DNA of 64,000 bases from Guillardia theta CCMP2712 (lineage: Eukaryota; Protista; Cryptophyta): NCBI RefSeq assembly GCF_000315625.1, contig NW_005434615.1, positions 316,852-380,851 on the forward strand. Direction: 5' to 3'. Every line of letters begins with the position of its first letter. The first letter of the stretch is position 1. This document shows, one piece after another, positions 13,501 through 26,500 of this stretch. The notes under the pieces were generated by a model. It saw only the letters and a list, made by a program, of their open reading frames with translations, had not been told where the DNA came from and made no database searches. The translations under genes were made by a program, and so were the position numbers.

Positions 13501-15765
13501 AGCTGGATCTGATGAGAATACGAACAAAGACCTTGAAGACCAGGTTTGCACCGTATGGATTTTTTCATATTACGTACTTATTGTAACTTAGATCGTGATG
13601 TTGAAAACCAAAGAAAGTGCTCAAGAAGCAAAGGTTAAACCAACTTTTAAGATATCAAAATTGTGAAATATTTCAATCAGATAGCTGCAGCTGAAAAAAC
13701 GGAGAAGGATTTAAAAGACAGACTTGTGAAACAAGTAGTTTTAATCTCATACTCTTTCTTTTTGTGACCGGTATCTTCATAGATAACTGAAGCTGAAATG
13801 GAGAGGGAACGACTTGAAAAAATAATCCACAACGTATGCATCGTTGTTTAAGGATGTTGTCGGGTTCGTTACTTGTTTCCCAGCTTCAGAAGAATTCTAG
13901 TGATGGAAACGGATCTGTTGAGAGTCTGTCTAAGCAGGTGAAATACATCTCGTGTGCGTTTGGCATGATTCATGCATGTAAGGTTTCTGAACTGAAGAAA
14001 GAATTGGAATCTTCACAACAAGGGAAGAGCGAAGCCAACGATCGATCGCAAAAGCTGCAAACCCGCGTGATCGAGCTACAGTCTGAGCTTGAGGTTTCTT
14101 GAACCATGAGTTGAGAATGCTTTGTGGGTTGACTCTACTTCTCAGAACCTGAGACTGGAGAAGCAGAGCTTGGAGGCTCTGGTTGCCTCACTTCGCAGGT
14201 GACTTGAGCAACTTCGGAACGATTCATTTGTTTGCTTCTCTCATTCCCGTTGATCTTTGCAGCGAGAATTTGCAAAACTCTACCAGAATTGCAAATGTGA
14301 TTTTTCGATATTACAGAGTGACAGGATCTGAAATACTTTTTTAGCGCGACAATTCCAATGGCTTCATGTCACCGAATGACAACGGAAGCTCTCCCAATTC
14401 GAAGAAAGATACCAGCATCAGATCACCGGCTGCGCACTTGTTCATGTCAGGTAAGATTGTTTCTTATCGCCTTTGCTTCTTGTCAAAGAGCACAAAGCTG
14501 ATGTTTTTTTGTTGTTGACACATCAGGATCCTTAACTGGTACCCCTGGAAAGGTCAGAACAAAGCATGCTCGTCTACCGTGAATGAGACAACTCAACAGG
14601 TTGCCAAGATCCTCCTGGGAAGCTCTGAACGTCATCGCCTACCAACGACTGTACGGGACTCTCACGCTAACGATGCAAAAGTCAATGTAACAGTGGTTCG
14701 ATGCACACAGGACTACCTGGCATCGTTGCTGGATGGCACGACAGAAATCAATCGCGTTGGGAAGGTAGTTGAGTATTTGATGTACCACCTCGAAACTCAT
14801 GCTCGCATCCTTGAAGGGTTTGCTGCCCGAAGACATGGTCGAGATCGCAGCCTACGTGAAATGTCACCCCAAGGTTTGTCCGTGCATGTCACTATCGATG
14901 CATTGAAAGAATTTTTCTCCGTGAATCTCAAGACGATTTCTCACTGTCATAGTCATGCGCTAATTCCTTCCTTGGCACAGATTGAAAGACTCTTCTTGTC
15001 TGGGAATAACTTGGGCGTCCCTGGAGCTCAACAGCTGTGCAACCTCATCTTGGATCAGAGTCTTCGTCTTGCAAGGCTGGATTTGAGGCACAACAACCTT
15101 GGTAGAGCGAGGCAGACTGGTTGCTCCAAACGTCTGATTTGTGAGCGCACGACAGGAAATGAAGGATGCATCTTGATACTGGAAGCTGTGGCGGAGAACA
15201 AGACCATTAACAGGATTGATCTCAGTGCCAATGGCATCACAGCACAGGCCGCTCCGGCCATCGCGCAGGTATGGAATCGAGCTTGATGCGTGTTCTTTGT
15301 CAACGATGCTTTGAAGGCAATCGGGAAGAATGAGAGACTTTCCCGCCTTGATCTTCGTCACAATGATCTTGGGGACTTGGGGGCTGTCGCTTTGGCTGAA
15401 GCTGTCAGGATCTTATTGCTTTCATTTCTTCTTGTCATGCATGCGCAGATCAAGAGCAGCTGCATGTTGCACCACCTTGACCTCTCGGCCAACAGCATCG
15501 GCCACAAGGGTGCTGAGGTCTTCCTCCCTGACCTCGGAACGTGTCCCTGACAGTCACTGCAGGCGCTGGCAGCAGCTCTGAGAGCCAACGTGACCCTGCA
15601 GGTGCTGGACCTGCGGGGCAATGCTGTGTCAGCGTTGGGGGTTCAGGCGCTGGAGGAGGCTTGCAACGAGTCCAAGGTTTGTAAGTTTACTCGCTCAGAA
15701 GAACGTTCACTCGAACCCTCCAGGTGCCCGACAGGCAAATTCTCCTCCCTCATGCGAATCGGTAA
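10594..15765 (+). CDS. PH domain + long coiled coil + RNI-like leucine-rich repeat protein, >30 small exons
   Basis: N-terminal PH-like segment (MQGCLSKK...VYCWIKDGKFY...ESKAWTDQITKSL); EK-rich heptad exons 11100-14200; LRRs LxxLxLxxNxLGxxG at 14980-15680. Confidence 0.75.
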
Positions 15766-15910
15766 GGGAGAGCCGCTTTGTACCATACTATTCAAACCGC
15801 CTCACGTTAATAACAACGCTTGTTCAAACGAAAGTCGTCGAAGGCGAGCAAAGATGTTATCCCACTCGCTTGTTGAGTGTGTCCACTGTCAGAGTTCCAG
15901 GCCCTACCCG

Positions 15911-16790
15911 TCACGTCAGCACCATGCGGTCAGTGCGATCAGAGCTCGCCTGATCCTCCACTGCTGCATCAACAAATGGCGCGTCTCGCGCGCTCATGAC
16001 AGGCGTGGAGTCGCTAGCAGGGACTCGCATGTAGACTGAAGGATTCTGCAACAAAGCTGTCAGCAGCAGCAGCAGCAGCAGAGCAGCAGCAGAAGCAGCA
16101 GTCACCGCAGCTGCTTCGGCGAAGAACGCTTTGGTTTCCGGGGACTTGGTGACTTGTGCTGGCGTCCTACCGGCCTGCTCGTAGGGTCAGGATGAGGGCG
16201 GGATGGAGGGGGAGGAGGTACCGCATCTCGCATGTCGGGGTCTGCTCCTTGGCTCATGAGGAAACGGCATACTTCGACGTGATTGTATCTGGCAGCTACA
16301 TGCAGAGGTGTGCACATGTTCTGTCAACAAGTGAGAAACCCGCAGCGAGCACTGCATTGGCTCACATTGTCCACAGCATTGATTGAAATCCCCTCCTTAA
16401 CAGCTTGAATGATCTCTTTCGGATCTCCTCGACAACAGGCAAAATGAAGCTTCGTCTTTTCTCCTTGCATCTGAGGTGACATGACATCAATCCGCTGAGA
16501 CTCATGCTGTGATGGTGCATGGGAAACAACGCCATGTATCGTCCTCTCAGCTCCCTGCTGCTTTGCGGGTTCTCTACACCTGATCTGCTTCTAGACTTTC
16601 TGAATCGGAAAACTGCGAGCTTGCAGATACTTTCCGCGGTTTCTAAGTGTACAGACATGACATCGATGTCTCCGATTTCAAATTGATCGCGCATCATTTC
16701 TGTTGTGTGCTTGCTTTGCCTTTCCTGGTTCTCGATCCCCTGCTCGCCATGTACGTTCGACATCTCTCTTACCTGGGTGATCGCTCATGG
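15911..16790 (-). CDS. Small ankyrin-repeat protein, multi-exon, boundaries uncertain
   Basis: CTPLHVAARYNHVEVCRFLMSQGADPDMRD ankyrin motif; upstream open segments are interrupted by GT-AG introns. Confidence 0.6.
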
Positions 16791-17245
16791 CTTTCCGATC
16801 TATTCTCGGTCTACTTTTCTCTCGAGCCTCCTGTCTGGTCTTAACTTCTCTTGTCCCTCCTCAAACTTCTCCCACCTTCCTGCCCTGCCCTCGCCTGCCC
16901 AGCTCTGACTTTGCCTTCCCTTCCCTCCATTCCACTTCTCTGTCTCATCTTCCAGCTTTGTTCTCGTTTCCTGTCATGTCTTGCCATGATCTGCCTGGCT
17001 TTCGCCTTTCTTCGCCCCCTCCTCCTCCCTTCCCTCTCCATGTGTTCTACGCGTTCGGCAGCCATTCACCGACTCCTTTACCCCCACCCCCCTTGCCACA
17101 CCAGGAACTATCAACACCGGTCTATTTCAGAGAAGGCAACCCCCCATCAAGTATGCTTCAGAGCACCTTTTCCTTCAAATTACCACCCCTACCCCCTGAA
17201 ACCGGCTACTCCGATAGTAGCAATGTTCCCGATGCTAACTTGAGT

Positions 17246-17305
17246 TGGAGGGAGGGAGGGAGGGAGGGAGGGAGGGAGGGAGGGAGGGAGGGAGGGAGGG
17301 AGGGA
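17246..17305. repeat. (GGGA)n microsatellite
   Basis: About 14 perfect GGGA units. Confidence 0.95.
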
Positions 17306-17592
17306 ATGGTGAGATGGGGAGCATAAGAGTTCGCAACGAAGTTTAGAAGAGACGAAGTCAATTGAGAGGACTCGTCGGGAGGAGGAAGAAAGGAGAAGTA
17401 TTGAGGTGTGGAAGGGCGGGAGGGCGAGATTGCAGAAGAGACTACTAACGCGACTCGGGGATGCGGACTGCGACCAAGGAATGCCAGGGAGGACAGAAGA
17501 ATCAAGCTCTCATTTGTGATTATCATTTGTGAGAAGAATCAAGAACGTGTGAGATTGTTTTTGTATCAAGTACTACACAAATTCCTGCTACA

Positions 17593-20500
17593 TCAACGAA
17601 GTTTCGGTTCAAAAACGCGGTCCACTCGACTCATATGACTATGAATCAATGTCAGCGCCAGTACCAGCAAGCAGTCAATAGCCTTCACCTTGATGCGCTG
17701 ACTCATGAGAGGGTAGAGCGTTCCAGCCCTGTCCATGCTCGCCGGCTCCAGCATTCCCGAGGACTCGTTCTCGAGCATGTTCTCCTCCATGGGATCCATG
17801 CCCCTGAGCCTCTGTCGAGCCACGTCAGCAAGGAGCAGAGCACAACAAAGGGCGGGCGACCAGGTTGGAGGACGCGACAGGACGGATCCTCATGACGGAC
17901 GGGATGTCATCGGCGTACTGCAGGGCGACGGCCTGGCAGAGGTCTGCTTCCACCTCGATGGTGTTGAGCTTGTCGTTGTTGGACGCGAGCATCGCCTTGG
18001 TCTGCTGGATCTCCATCAGGTTCTGCTCCTTCTCCTTCAACATCCTTCGCTTCACGTTGCGCGTGTGCCTGCAGCAGCCGTCGGTCAGCGAACGAGGATC
18101 GGCAAGCTGTGCGTACCGATAGCAGAGGCATCCAACGGAGGACACGAGCAGAAGCGCTGGGATGCCGATGACGATGAACCACCCGATTCCTCCCTTGCCG
18201 AAGAAATCCGTCTTCTTCGTCACTCGCGGCACGCAGGTTGCGATGACAGCTGGAACGCTGCTGGCCTGAAGCTCGAACCCTGTGCGCGAGGAGTCAGGGG
18301 CGGAACCAGAGGCTTCGAGACCTACCAGGGTTGCAAATGCACTGCGCCGTCGAGCGAGTCCCCTCGGTCGTTACCTGGCAACGTCCGTTGCCGCTGCAGT
18401 TGACCGTGTCGCTGCAGAAGTTGTCGCACATGATGCCGAAGTAAGGCTTGTCGCACAGACAGGTCCTCTCAGCGACGACGGGCTTGTTGTCGCACGTGCC
18501 ATGACCACTGCAAGGAGAAGCGTCAGCAGCAGCGACAGAGGGAGAGGAGGTGGAGAGAGCGGAGGCACCTGCATCCCTTGTCTCGTCCCGTGTAGGGCAT
18601 GTTGTCGCATCCTGAGCACGACACGTTGCCTCCTCCACACACATTGCAGACATCCTTGACCGACACCCCGAGGATCTTGTTAGCGCAATCTACTTGCACC
18701 TGGACAAGCTCTCAGGTCCGATACTCCTCACCATCGCACGTTACCTCGCTCACTGCATAGATTCCCAAGCGCGTCACGCGGCACTTGACGTAAGCAGTTG
18801 TAACAGACTTGTTTCCTAGAAACGTCTCGACGTGCTGAATGCCAGCAGTGGTCCAGCGCAGCTTCTGCGTGTCGAAGTAAACACAAGAGGCGCCGGTCGA
18901 GACCCCGGTGTAGGTGTCGTTCAAGTTGCCCATGATCTCTGGAGATCGCTGAGGGTCAAAGGGAAACGTGACCTCGATGCCTTGCGACGGGTCAACGTAG
19001 TCGTTGAACGCGCCTGTCGCGACTGTCTTCACTTTCACAGAGATGAGCGGAGAGAGGATGCCGCACGAGGAAAGCCCGTATCTCGTCGCTTCTATCCGAA
19101 CCTCGGGCACGGACGAGGGCACCACGTAAACCCAGTGGTACTGGAGCGACGAGTCGAGACAAGACAAGTCAGTCTGACTTCGCTTGATCGGGTTTGCCTT
19201 GATGAGCGCTGTCTGAAGATGAAACGTGTCTCCTTGCAGCCCAGCGCTGTTGACGGGGAGTTTCAACATGTAGTTCTGCTCATCTCCCACAGCCAAGGAA
19301 AGCCCCGACAGCCCCTGGCGATTGACGATGCTATCTTGAATCCAGAACTCATTGGTGCTCGATGTCTTGGGCGCTTGACCGACTACCATCCCAATGGCTT
19401 GCAACGCTGCGAGTTGCTCTAAAGTGCTGAACAGCTGCAGCTCCTGAGATTGCGAGACAGCCTGACGGGTGACCATCTTGCTGCTCTGCAATGAGCTAGA
19501 AGTCGAAGAGCGAAGCTCGATCGTGCTCGACCGCTGGCTGCCGGAGTCAGCAAATCTCTGCAACGCCAGAGCCGATGAGGTAGGAGGCCTGCTGGCCAGT
19601 GTGGCGAGCTGACTCTGAGCAGCGAAGACCTTGGAGATAGAGTTCAGCATGTAACTCTTCATCAACTCAGGTGATTCCAATACAGCGCCACTCGCATCTA
19701 ACGCCAACAGCTGCGCGATGACCGATTGAATCAGGCTCAGGCAGATCTCAACAGTGCTGGCAGATATCTCAGGAACGACCTCCAGCACATTTCGCAGGAC
19801 GCCACCCGACTTGAGGGCTGAAGCAGGATTGAGTGGGGAGTAGATGCATGAAGAAATGTAGGAAGCAACTGACAGCCTGACATCACTTCGGTACGTGAGG
19901 GCGTCCAAAGTCGACGGCCACTTGGCGGAGTTGAGATTCAACATCTCAGCAATCAGCAGGGCGATAGAGAAGACCTTGTCGCATCGATCCCCTCCCGAGT
20001 TGATCTTGAGCTTCTCTAGGAGGTTCGTGACTATGTTGACCAGCGCCTGCCCTTCAGGCGCCATCAGCCGAAGTGTCTTCCTTCTCAACGAGCTTTGAGT
20101 CCCCACGAAGTACCTCACTGAGACCAGAACGGTCAGGTCAGAGCAGGTGCTCTCAGCATTGGATGGGCAAGAGAAGTTGGTCGGACCCATCGGAAAGATG
20201 GTGTTGACGCTGATCGCTTGCGACGAGGTTGTCAAGTACTGGATGTCGCCGTTCTTTTCGAACCCGTAGCTGAAGAGGAGGGGATAATCTTCGATATCGT
20301 TGCTGTCTGCCACCCAGCCTCGGCACGTGACGTCGAACCTGGTGCTAAACGCCATCCCTGAGGTCGGACTGACGACAAACTCACCAGGTCTCGGGACAGG
20401 GCGGAGGAGGAGAGAGGTCTGGATCAACACGATCAGCGAGCGCAAACAGCAGCTGCGGCACATCGATACCTGCGACCAACCGCATGCTGTACATTGAAGG

Positions 20501-23500
20501 GCTCCCATGCTGTCGAGCCCGATCTGGCTCATACTGGCATACAGTCGTAAGGTGTACCTGAAGGAACTTCAGCTCATGCGGGCCATGACGAGGAGGGTTC
20601 TTACCTTGTCGAAGGGGAGAAGGCGGAGTTCTTCAGTATCAGCATCGCAGTCATCAAGGTAGAGACGAGGTTCTCCGGCTTCAGAAGGAAGTGGTTGATG
20701 GAAGCGGCTTGTACCCACAGGAAGTCAGTAGCTCGGTCAACAGAGCCGAGAATGACTGTGTCTCCGTCGTTGTTGGACTTCGACTGGTTGAAAGGCTGGA
20801 TCTTGACGTTGGGGACAGAGGCCATCGTTGTGAAGATTGTAGCATCCTTGGTTGCAACTCCTTGCATGTCAACCGAGCAAGATATGTTCTTGTCGCAGAC
20901 AACGATCTTGAAGCTGTACATCGCAGTCGGATCACACCTCGACGCACTCAACGGCTGGTTGGGTACACATCCATCAGTGAAGGTTGGGACCGGAGGGTCC
21001 GAGAAGGCTCTCATGTCCACCAACAACTGGGTTGAGTTGACAGTCAGGTACTTCATGTCGTCTGACTGGGTGGCAAAATGCTCGCATTCCACGGACTGAA
21101 ACCCAATAACGGCTCCTAAGATCTTCATGTTCCTCGCGCAGTGCCAGAGAACGGTCAAGTCTCCTGGGGACTGGAATCGGCTGTACGAGCCGGAGGCATC
21201 AAGCAGGTAAGTAACGCCGCTGCGGACTCCGATGAGACGATCTCCACCTTGCAGGACAGCGACAGGGTCCTCTCGGATAGAGACTTGGAGGAGGATGTCG
21301 GCAAGGACTCTCTTGGAGTTGGTAGTTATGACGAGACTCACGACGTACGTTTGATCATACTCGAGAGTGTAAGGAGGGATGGTCAAGGTCAGCGAGTTGT
21401 TCGCCTGGACGCCAATGTCTGGGCTGATTTGCCAGACGGTCTGAAACGAGGGATCATCAGACGCGCACTTGCTCGCCTCGAAGAAGCCTTCTACCACGAT
21501 GCTCTGAGAGCGAGAAACGGATCTGACTCGGGTCCCATAGATCCCGTAGCTTCCCGCTATGTCATTCCGCTTGACGAAAGAGAAAACCGTTGCGCTTGTC
21601 AAGCCTGTCGAATTCTGGAGGGTCAAGGAAACGTTGAAAGTGCCCGATGGGAAGTCTTGGGCGCACTGAGTTTGACAAGGGGAGTACAAGGACGAGAAGT
21701 TAAGAAGCTGAGAAGTCGACTGTGCAAGGAATGTCTCGATTCTCGCGATCTCAGGTTGCATCCCCAGCTCGACCACTTGCGCACCCAGCAGTTCCCACCT
21801 GACCTTGAACTCGCCTCCAAGGCTGTTCAACGAGCCGCGAGCATCGAAGACAGGAACATCGCACGCCCCGACAACCTGGTCAGCAGTCATGGACGCGAAG
21901 GGTACAAGAGAAGCGCAGGCAAACCTGAGGATACACTACGACAGGACGAGGAGACAGCTTGCTCAAGTCTCCGAGCCTGTAGAGCTGAAGAGCAGTCGTC
22001 GTCCCTGACATCGATAGAGCAGCGAGGAAGCTCGTCGTCCCGCTGGCTACAAGCTGGAGTTTCGAGCAACCGACAGTCTGTAGGTCTTGCACGGCCTCGA
22101 AGGTCGGGGTGAACCCCAAGCTCGACGAGGGGGCTCTATCGGACCAGCGAAAGAGCATCGAGGTAGTTTGTACTCCATTCATTCCACGAGCATTGCTCAA
22201 GGCCAGGAAATGTTCCTGAAGGCCACCCACGACCATGGAGAAGTGGGAGAAGCTGGTAGCGCCATGGGACGAGATTGCCTGAGAAAAAGATGTCAGATCG
22301 AGCAACGACAGCGTTCTCAACGATTTACCTGCAGGAGAGAGTATGTATTCGACATGTAGTCCATGCGGTAGATGTAAGACTTGCAGTCATACTGCTCTGA
22401 TTGTTGGTAGTCGTACATTCCCTGGAAATGAGTTGCAACTGCTAGAAGGTCGTAGCTTCCGAACTTCAGCGGTGTGATGGAGTAGGCGCCAAAGCTGTGT
22501 ATCGTGATCTGAGGAAGAAAGCAGCTGCTGTCTTGACATGCCTCCTGCTTGTAAGTGAAAACTTTGACTTCTGCACTGGACGTGACGGAGCTGCTCCGAT
22601 CGAGAATGGCGAGATGCAAGGCAGAGTCGGATGAGTTGTACAGTTTGCAATCCATGGCGAAGAAAACATCGATCTGCGCCACAGGTTGTTCAAACTTTCC
22701 ATCAACCCACTGCATTCGAGACACGGTACTCGAGAGACTGACAATTCGGAAAGAACCTTCCACCCAGTCGTAAACCATGACGCGACTTCTAGGACCATTG
22801 TCAGTGTATGCGATCAAGTTCATTCCCTTGTGACTGATAAAGTCGACAGCATTGGATTCCACGGCTGGGAGGACTTGTCTCTGTTCGAACTGTCCTCTGC
22901 TCCAGTACCACACGCCGACACCTCCGTTGCCCGAGCTCGGAGATCCGCGGTAGGAGACGGCCATGAACTGAGTGTCGACCCAGTTCCCTTGTGCTGCAAC
23001 GTCAGGGAGTACGAAAGTCTTTACTCTCGTGCTCCTCTCGATCCCGATCGACTGGTGAAGCAGCAGCACACCATCTGAGGTCATCGAGTAGACTGTGAAG
23101 TTGACGGCTGGTCTCAGGCTGGCGCCTCTTGGTTGGAAGGCGCAGAACTCTCCTTGGCACAGGTAGGCAACGAGGAAGTAGACTGTGTCGCCTGCGTTGA
23201 AGTGATCCATGTCAACGGCACTCCAAGTTTGTGACACTTTGATGGAACTCTGACTGACCGCTGGCGCTCGCTCGTTCGCACGCAAGCAGCTGGACATATT
23301 GATTGAGTTTGACTCGAGCACTTTGACAGCGTCCGAGGAGGAGCTGGGAAAGGAGTCGACCTGTTGGCTCATGACGTGCATCATGACACCCTTGCCGTCA
23401 TCGTACTGCATCCAAGTGACGCTTGACTGAACGAGCATGTCGAGGCACAGGGAGCTGCCTGTCTGAAAGACTGACTGACCTCCCAGATACACCTGCAGGG

Positions 23501-26500
23501 TTGAGTGATCGGTCCAACTGCAGGAGGGAGAGTCGCCAAGGATCCTCATTGTCTCCGACGTGAAGTAATGATCGCACGTCGTCGACGAGGCTAGAGCCTT
23601 GACGCGCACAACTGCATCGAACATGATGGTTACGGCAGACGACAACTCGTCGAAGTACACTGCTGTAACGCGTGGAGGGTGAGGCAAGACGTTGAACATC
23701 GTTGTCGACACTGAGAGACTCTGATACTGGAACTTGAGCACGAAGTCAGGGCCAGGAAACGGCAAGTAAATGTAGGAGAACAACGCTACTCCGAGTCGTG
23801 TCGTGACGTTCAAGACTCCAGTGATGCACTCACTTGCTGGCTGATTCACAAAGCAGAACTCAAGGTTCGCTATCCTTGGGTTGGCATGGCTGAGGAGCGA
23901 GACAGTAATCGGTCCATCTGAGCAGAGCACAACATTTCCATACTCGTCCACAAGGTTTAGTTCGATCGGTTGATCCAGACCGAAGAAGGAAGCTCCCTGA
24001 TCAGAACGAGTCAGTTGAAGAAGGGTATTCTCACAACAGAAGGTTACATCAGATGGCGACCCAGCCGTCATGTTGTCGACTTGGTTCTTGAGCTGGATGG
24101 CTGCAACATCTCCAGGTATGGTATGGAAGGAGACGTTGTTGGAGATGCAAGGGTTGCAATTCGGGCCCCTTGCTACACACCTTGCGAGGTAAGAATTCGC
24201 TGCATTGCAAATGGTCGGAGTACATCTGATCACAAAGGTCAGTTCAAACAACATCTACAGATGAACGTTGGTCAATCTTCACCTCGAGCACGATGCCGAC
24301 GCTCGTTTGCAGACGAGGTTTGGCCATTGTACCACCCCCTCTGTCGGAACGAGCGAATTGCTCCTGGACACCTTTGCTTGCTCTCCGTAGCTCTGTGGCC
24401 ACCAGCCGATGCTATAGTCTACCACACTTTCAGTGCAAGCTCCACCAGAATTTCCACAATCGCATCCCCTTGCCGAGAAATCCAAGATTTCAAGCACGAT
24501 GTTGTGATCTTGTGATGGGAACGGTTCACCCTTCTGATCGACTAGAACGCATGTAGGAGGAGTCTGGAATGGTTCACCCGCTACCTCCAATCCCGCGTAT
24601 TGCTGTAAACGGACGCCACTTGCTCGCGGTAGGGGGACGTAGGAGATCACGTTAGAAGCCCGGAAGCTTTGACTTCTCTGTTGGCATATCATCGTCTTGT
24701 TGTCGTTGATCGCGTTCATGGAAGTGCAGAACTCCCGGGAGCTCAAGCAGTCATGAGGTTGGAAGGAGATGTTCACAAGGAACGCTCCCTCAGAGAAGGT
24801 GAAGCTCGTGATGAAGGAGACATGGCCATCCAGAGTGGAATTCAAGATTTGCAACACATGCTGGGACGTCTTGTAGATGAAAACATCCGCCTTGATCACG
24901 ACTCCACTCACGTAGACTCTGTTCTTCCACAGATCGAGAATGACGACGTCGAAAGGCATCAGAGTTCCAGTGTTTCTATCAAACTGAGGCTGCACATCAA
25001 AGTCCAGATCGGTGTACCTCCCAGGATACACGAAGAAGCTGTCAAGGACAATGAGTTACTAAGGAACATCAACACAAGCAGCGATCACCTGTCAGATCGG
25101 ACATGCAAGTTGATCGACAGCGCCAGGAAAACAAGGTAGAAGGGAGTTTCTCTTGACGCCGAGGTCAACTGAAGCTTTGTCACGTGCACAGAGCCGTCGC
25201 CCACGTTGGCGCTGCCGCCCAGGAGATCAAAGTAGGTCGAGCCGTCGAAGAGTGAGGCTGAAACATTGACGTTGGAAGTGAGCAGTCTGAGATGGCGATA
25301 GTCGACGAGGTTGATAGTCAAGTCTTCTATGTAATCCCCAGCGATGTAACTGACTTGCAGATGCTTCTGCAAGCTGATGCTCACAGCGGGCGGCAGCGAG
25401 TAGATCTCCTTGCTCTCTACACTCGGCTTGTGCTCAAAGGTTGTGCCCTCTAGCGTGAATGTGAACTTGGACAGCACAAAGTCGGTCGCATTGATGTACA
25501 GGTCGGAGAACCAGGCGATTCCTTCCGTCACAGACCTTGTTGTCGTTCCTTGCAGATGACAAGGGTCTGGACATCGAAGAGAGACTGAGATCTGAAGCGA
25601 CGAGACAAAAACCCTGTTGTCCTCTCCTGTCAGGATCTGAACGCCGAAATAATCTCTGAATGTCTGCAATGCAGTTACGAGCGACGGCTGGCGGAGGATC
25701 AGCAGCTTAGAGGGGCCTGCGTACAGCCAGAAGAAGCTGTTGGTAGCTCTTGCGTTCGCCATCGATTGACGAGGATGCGCCAGGAAGTCAATCCGGTAGT
25801 AGCCAATGTCACTCGTAGACGCCAGGTCAGTGAAGGTAGCAAGACCCCTCCTCGCTACGATGGTTGTGTTGCCCGTCAGCCTCGGGCAGGAGTTGCAGGT
25901 GGCCCTCTCGATGGGGTCTGGGGTCGGCAAAGGTTTCTGACACGCGAAGAAGTTCAACTCGTTGCAGTCGGACGAGAACCACTGGGCTCCGTCGATGACC
26001 GCACATCTGTTTGCTCGCTGTGGCTCGTTGGGGGCCCAGTACTCGTACATGAGAACTGTGTCAGAAGACCACTGCCATGTGTCGGAAGTTTGTTTTAGAT
26101 CGATCCAGGATCGCCCGGTCAAGAACGAGCTGACACCTTGCTGCTCCTCTGGTCTCAAGATTGTCAAAAGCTTCCCACCCCAAGACGAACAGTACGCGGT
26201 AGCTGCTTCGAAGCTCTTCTTGATCTTCCACTCACGATAGCAGTTCCCGTTCCAGGCGGTCCCATCGCAGATACTCTTGCAAGCCGTACAAGAGGCCCCA
26301 ACGCAGTCACTCTCTCTCGAAAGGTGAGCTGAGACATCGTACAAGGAGTTGTCATCAGCTGCAATATTGCCGTAGCGATCAACAAGTGCGATGATAGGCT
26401 GCTGCTGGAAACTCACCCCCGTCATAGCATAACCAACATTCTGCACCACCAGAAGCGCATCGAAGTAACTGTTGGTAACGTAGAACTCGTTGGAAGTGAT

